Positions 34,298-36,143 of a stretch of DNA of 36,143 bases are shown here, in pieces. The position numbers and the translations under genes are program-made. Position 1 is the stretch's first letter. Every line of letters begins with the position of its first letter. Origin of the DNA: Candidatus Omnitrophota bacterium (GTDB lineage Bacteria; Omnitrophota; Gorgyraeia; Gygaellales; Profunditerraquicolaceae); the NCBI GenBank assembly GCA_028710845.1, contig JAQTTI010000001.1, positions 1 through 36,143 on the forward strand, given 5' to 3'. A model generated the notes under the pieces. It had not been told where the DNA came from, ran no database searches, and was given only the letters and a program-made list of their open reading frames with translations.

Positions 34298-35562
34298 ACC
34301 CTAAAACAACGGCTTTGACCGTATTTTTACTAGCCTACATCTTATTTATACTTTTGCCTCAAAGACGCACTATTGTCGCTCTGGCAGGAAGCCTTTTTCT
34401 TGTTTTGAGCCAGGCAGTATCGTTAAAAGAAGCCTTCCTTTCAGTTAACTGGAATGTTATGGGTATTTTTGTGGGGACACTGGTTCTTGCTGATGTTTTT
34501 ATGCAAAGCCGCGTTCCTGCTTATATTGCCGAAGTAGTGGTCGATAGAGCCAAAAATACTGCCTGGGCGATTTTATTTATTTGTATTTTAAGCGGTTTTA
34601 TCTCTGCTTTTGTCGAAAATGTAGCTACCGTATTAATCGTAGCTCCTATTGCCCTGGCCTTAGCCAAAAAGCTAAAGATTAATCCTACCAACATGATGAT
34701 AGCCATTGCCATATCGAGTAATCTGCAGGGGACGGCTACTTTAATAGGAGATCCTCCGGCCATGCTTATGGGTGGATTTGCTAAAATGAACTTCGGGGAT
34801 TTCTTTTTTTATCAGGGAAAACCCAGTATATTTTTCGCAGTGGAATTGGGTGCTTTAGCTTCTTTCTTTGTGCTATATTTTATCTTTAGGGATTATAAAG
34901 CTAAGGCAAAACTCATACCTGTAGAAAAAATAAAAAGCTGGGTACCGACTATTTTATTAATAAGCTTAATTATCCTGTTGGCGCTTTCTTCGTTTTTTGA
35001 TAAAGAATTTTCTTCCCTGGCCGGCCAGATTTGTATGGTTTTTGGCATTATTGCTTTAATTTGGGAAAAGTTGGTGAATAAATCTTCAATTGCCGCAGGG
35101 ATAAAAAAGCTGGACTGGGACACCACATTTTTTCTCATGGGTATTTTTATCATCGTCGGAGGCATAACAGTTACCGGATGGACCCAGGTGCTGGCAGAAT
35201 ATCTGGCCAGCCTGGTGGGCAGCAATATTCTGTTGGGCTATACCGCGATCGTTTTTCTTTCGGTGGTCCTTTCGGCATTTATCGACAATGTCCCTTTCCT
35301 GGCAGCCATGCTTCCGGTGGCTATGATCATGTCAGCTAAACTGCAGGTAAGCCCGTCTTTATTTTTGTTTGGCTTGCTTATCGGATCCAGCCTTGGTGGT
35401 AATATTACGCCTATCGGGGCATCAGCCAACATTGTTGCCTGCGCCCTGCTTAAAAAAGAAGGTTATCCGGTTAAATTTACCCATTTTATGAAAATAGGCA
35501 TCCCTTTTACCCTGGTTGCCGTAATCGCCGCTTATTTGTTTATTTGGTTGGTATGGAGATGA
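34294..35562 (+). CDS. ArsB/NhaD-superfamily permease (paralog of 27110-28501)
   Basis: 422 aa polytopic protein. IDNVPFLAAMLPV, LLIGSSLGGNITPIGASANIV. ATGA overlap with the HAD-like gene. Confidence 0.7.
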   Translation: MNPKTTALTVFLLAYILFILLPQRRTIVALAGSLFLVLSQAVSLKEAFLSVNWNVMGIFVGTLVLADVFMQSRVPAYIAEVVVDRAKNTAWAILFICILSGFISAFVENVATVLIVAPIALALAKKLKINPTNMMIAIAISSNLQGTATLIGDPPAMLMGGFAKMNFGDFFFYQGKPSIFFAVELGALASFFVLYFIFRDYKAKAKLIPVEKIKSWVPTILLISLIILLALSSFFDKEFSSLAGQICMVFGIIALIWEKLVNKSSIAAGIKKLDWDTTFFLMGIFIIVGGITVTGWTQVLAEYLASLVGSNILLGYTAIVFLSVVLSAFIDNVPFLAAMLPVAMIMSAKLQVSPSLFLFGLLIGSSLGGNITPIGASANIVACALLKKEGYPVKFTHFMKIGIPFTLVAVIAAYLFIWLVWR

Positions 35563-35563
35563 G

Positions 35564-36143
35564 ATGACGGAATCTTGCTGTCATAAGCCAGTTAAGGGCT
35601 GGTGGAAGAATAAATTATTTTTAGTTACCGTTCTAATCGCTATTTTTCTAATTTTTTCATATATTTTTCCTGCCTTTGAAGCCTTTCGTAAGGTTCTATT
35701 CCAATATTTTAAATCGATCTGGTGGGCGGTAGCTTTAGGTTTGTTTCTAGGCGGAATTATTGATTACTATGTCCCCAGAGAATATATCTCGAAAATCTTG
35801 TCTAGGAAATCGCCGTTTACAATTATTAATTCCGTATTCCTTGGTTTCTTAATGAGCGCCTGCAGCCACGGAATCTTGGCTCTATCTATCCAGCTCCATA
35901 AAAAGGGGGCCAGTAACCCGGCTGTAATAAGTTTTTTACTTGCCAGCCCCTGGGCGAATATGGGAGTAACCATGATGCTGGTTAGCCTCTTCGGGTTAAA
36001 TGGCGTTCTTATCATCATCGCCGCATTAATTACAGCAATAAATACCGGTTTTATTTTTATGTTTTTAGAAAAACAGGGTTTAATTGAGAGCAATAAGAAC
36101 AGCATAGTCGTCCCTTTAGGCTATTCGATCAGGGAAGATTTTT
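35564..36143 (+). CDS. DUF318/YraQ (ArsP-like) family permease, N-terminal part (3' end outside window)
   Basis: ATG at 35564, 1 nt after the upstream stop, open to the window end. MTESCCHKPVKGWW..., GGIIDYYVPREYI, FLMSACSHG, ISFLLASPWAN are typical of this permease family. Not in the ORF track because it has no stop. Confidence 0.6.
   Translation, partial: MTESCCHKPVKGWWKNKLFLVTVLIAIFLIFSYIFPAFEAFRKVLFQYFKSIWWAVALGLFLGGIIDYYVPREYISKILSRKSPFTIINSVFLGFLMSACSHGILALSIQLHKKGASNPAVISFLLASPWANMGVTMMLVSLFGLNGVLIIIAALITAINTGFIFMFLEKQGLIESNKNSIVVPLGYSIREDF

Noticed and set aside
35767-36105. 112-aa minus-strand ORF at the window end
   Set aside because: The plus strand here encodes an open, motif-bearing DUF318-type permease that starts at 35564. 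The track missed it because it has no stop in the window.
1-36143. Alternative genetic code or stop-codon reassignment
   Set aside because: TAA, TAG (e.g. 24745-24747 and 25258-25260) and TGA (e.g. comEA, secA, lnt) all end well-supported genes. RF2 is present with a TGA-dependent frameshift site.

Overview
Gene-dense, moderately AT-rich chromosomal window: about 33 protein genes, 2 tRNAs, many ATGA or short start/stop overlaps. It looks like an uncultivated diderm bacterium, since BamD-like, LptE-like, Lnt, LpxL-family and CsgG-like genes are present; the phylum cannot be assigned by eye. The genetic code is standard: TAA, TAG and TGA all terminate ORFs, and RF2 carries its classical +1 frameshift. 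Content is mainly housekeeping and envelope genes: nfo, leuS, comEA/comEC, bamD-like, lptE-like, holA, rpsT, murJ, uvrC, pilT, prfB, secA, lnt, an M23 peptidase, bioY, and ZIP and ArsB/NhaD-type transporters. I saw no rRNA, CRISPR array, transposase, integrase or phage gene, and no recognisable defence system. I cannot point to one decisive novel system. The best candidates are: (1) an 89-bp structured tandem repeat fused to the 3' end of tRNA-Ala; (2) a PP-loop ATPase translationally coupled to an AmmeMemoRadiSam-type radical SAM enzyme with no AMMECR1 or Memo partner in view; (3) the next operon, a HAD-like protein with a non-canonical motif I followed by two permeases; (4) an untracked 26-codon, extremely basic ORF between a CsgG-like lipoprotein and a ZIP transporter; (5) a PEGA/YWTD-like protein coupled to a processive GT2 synthase-like membrane protein. 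Several textbook TTGACx-17-TAxAxT promoters are visible, two of them essentially leaderless. All calls come from reading motifs by eye; no searches were run.
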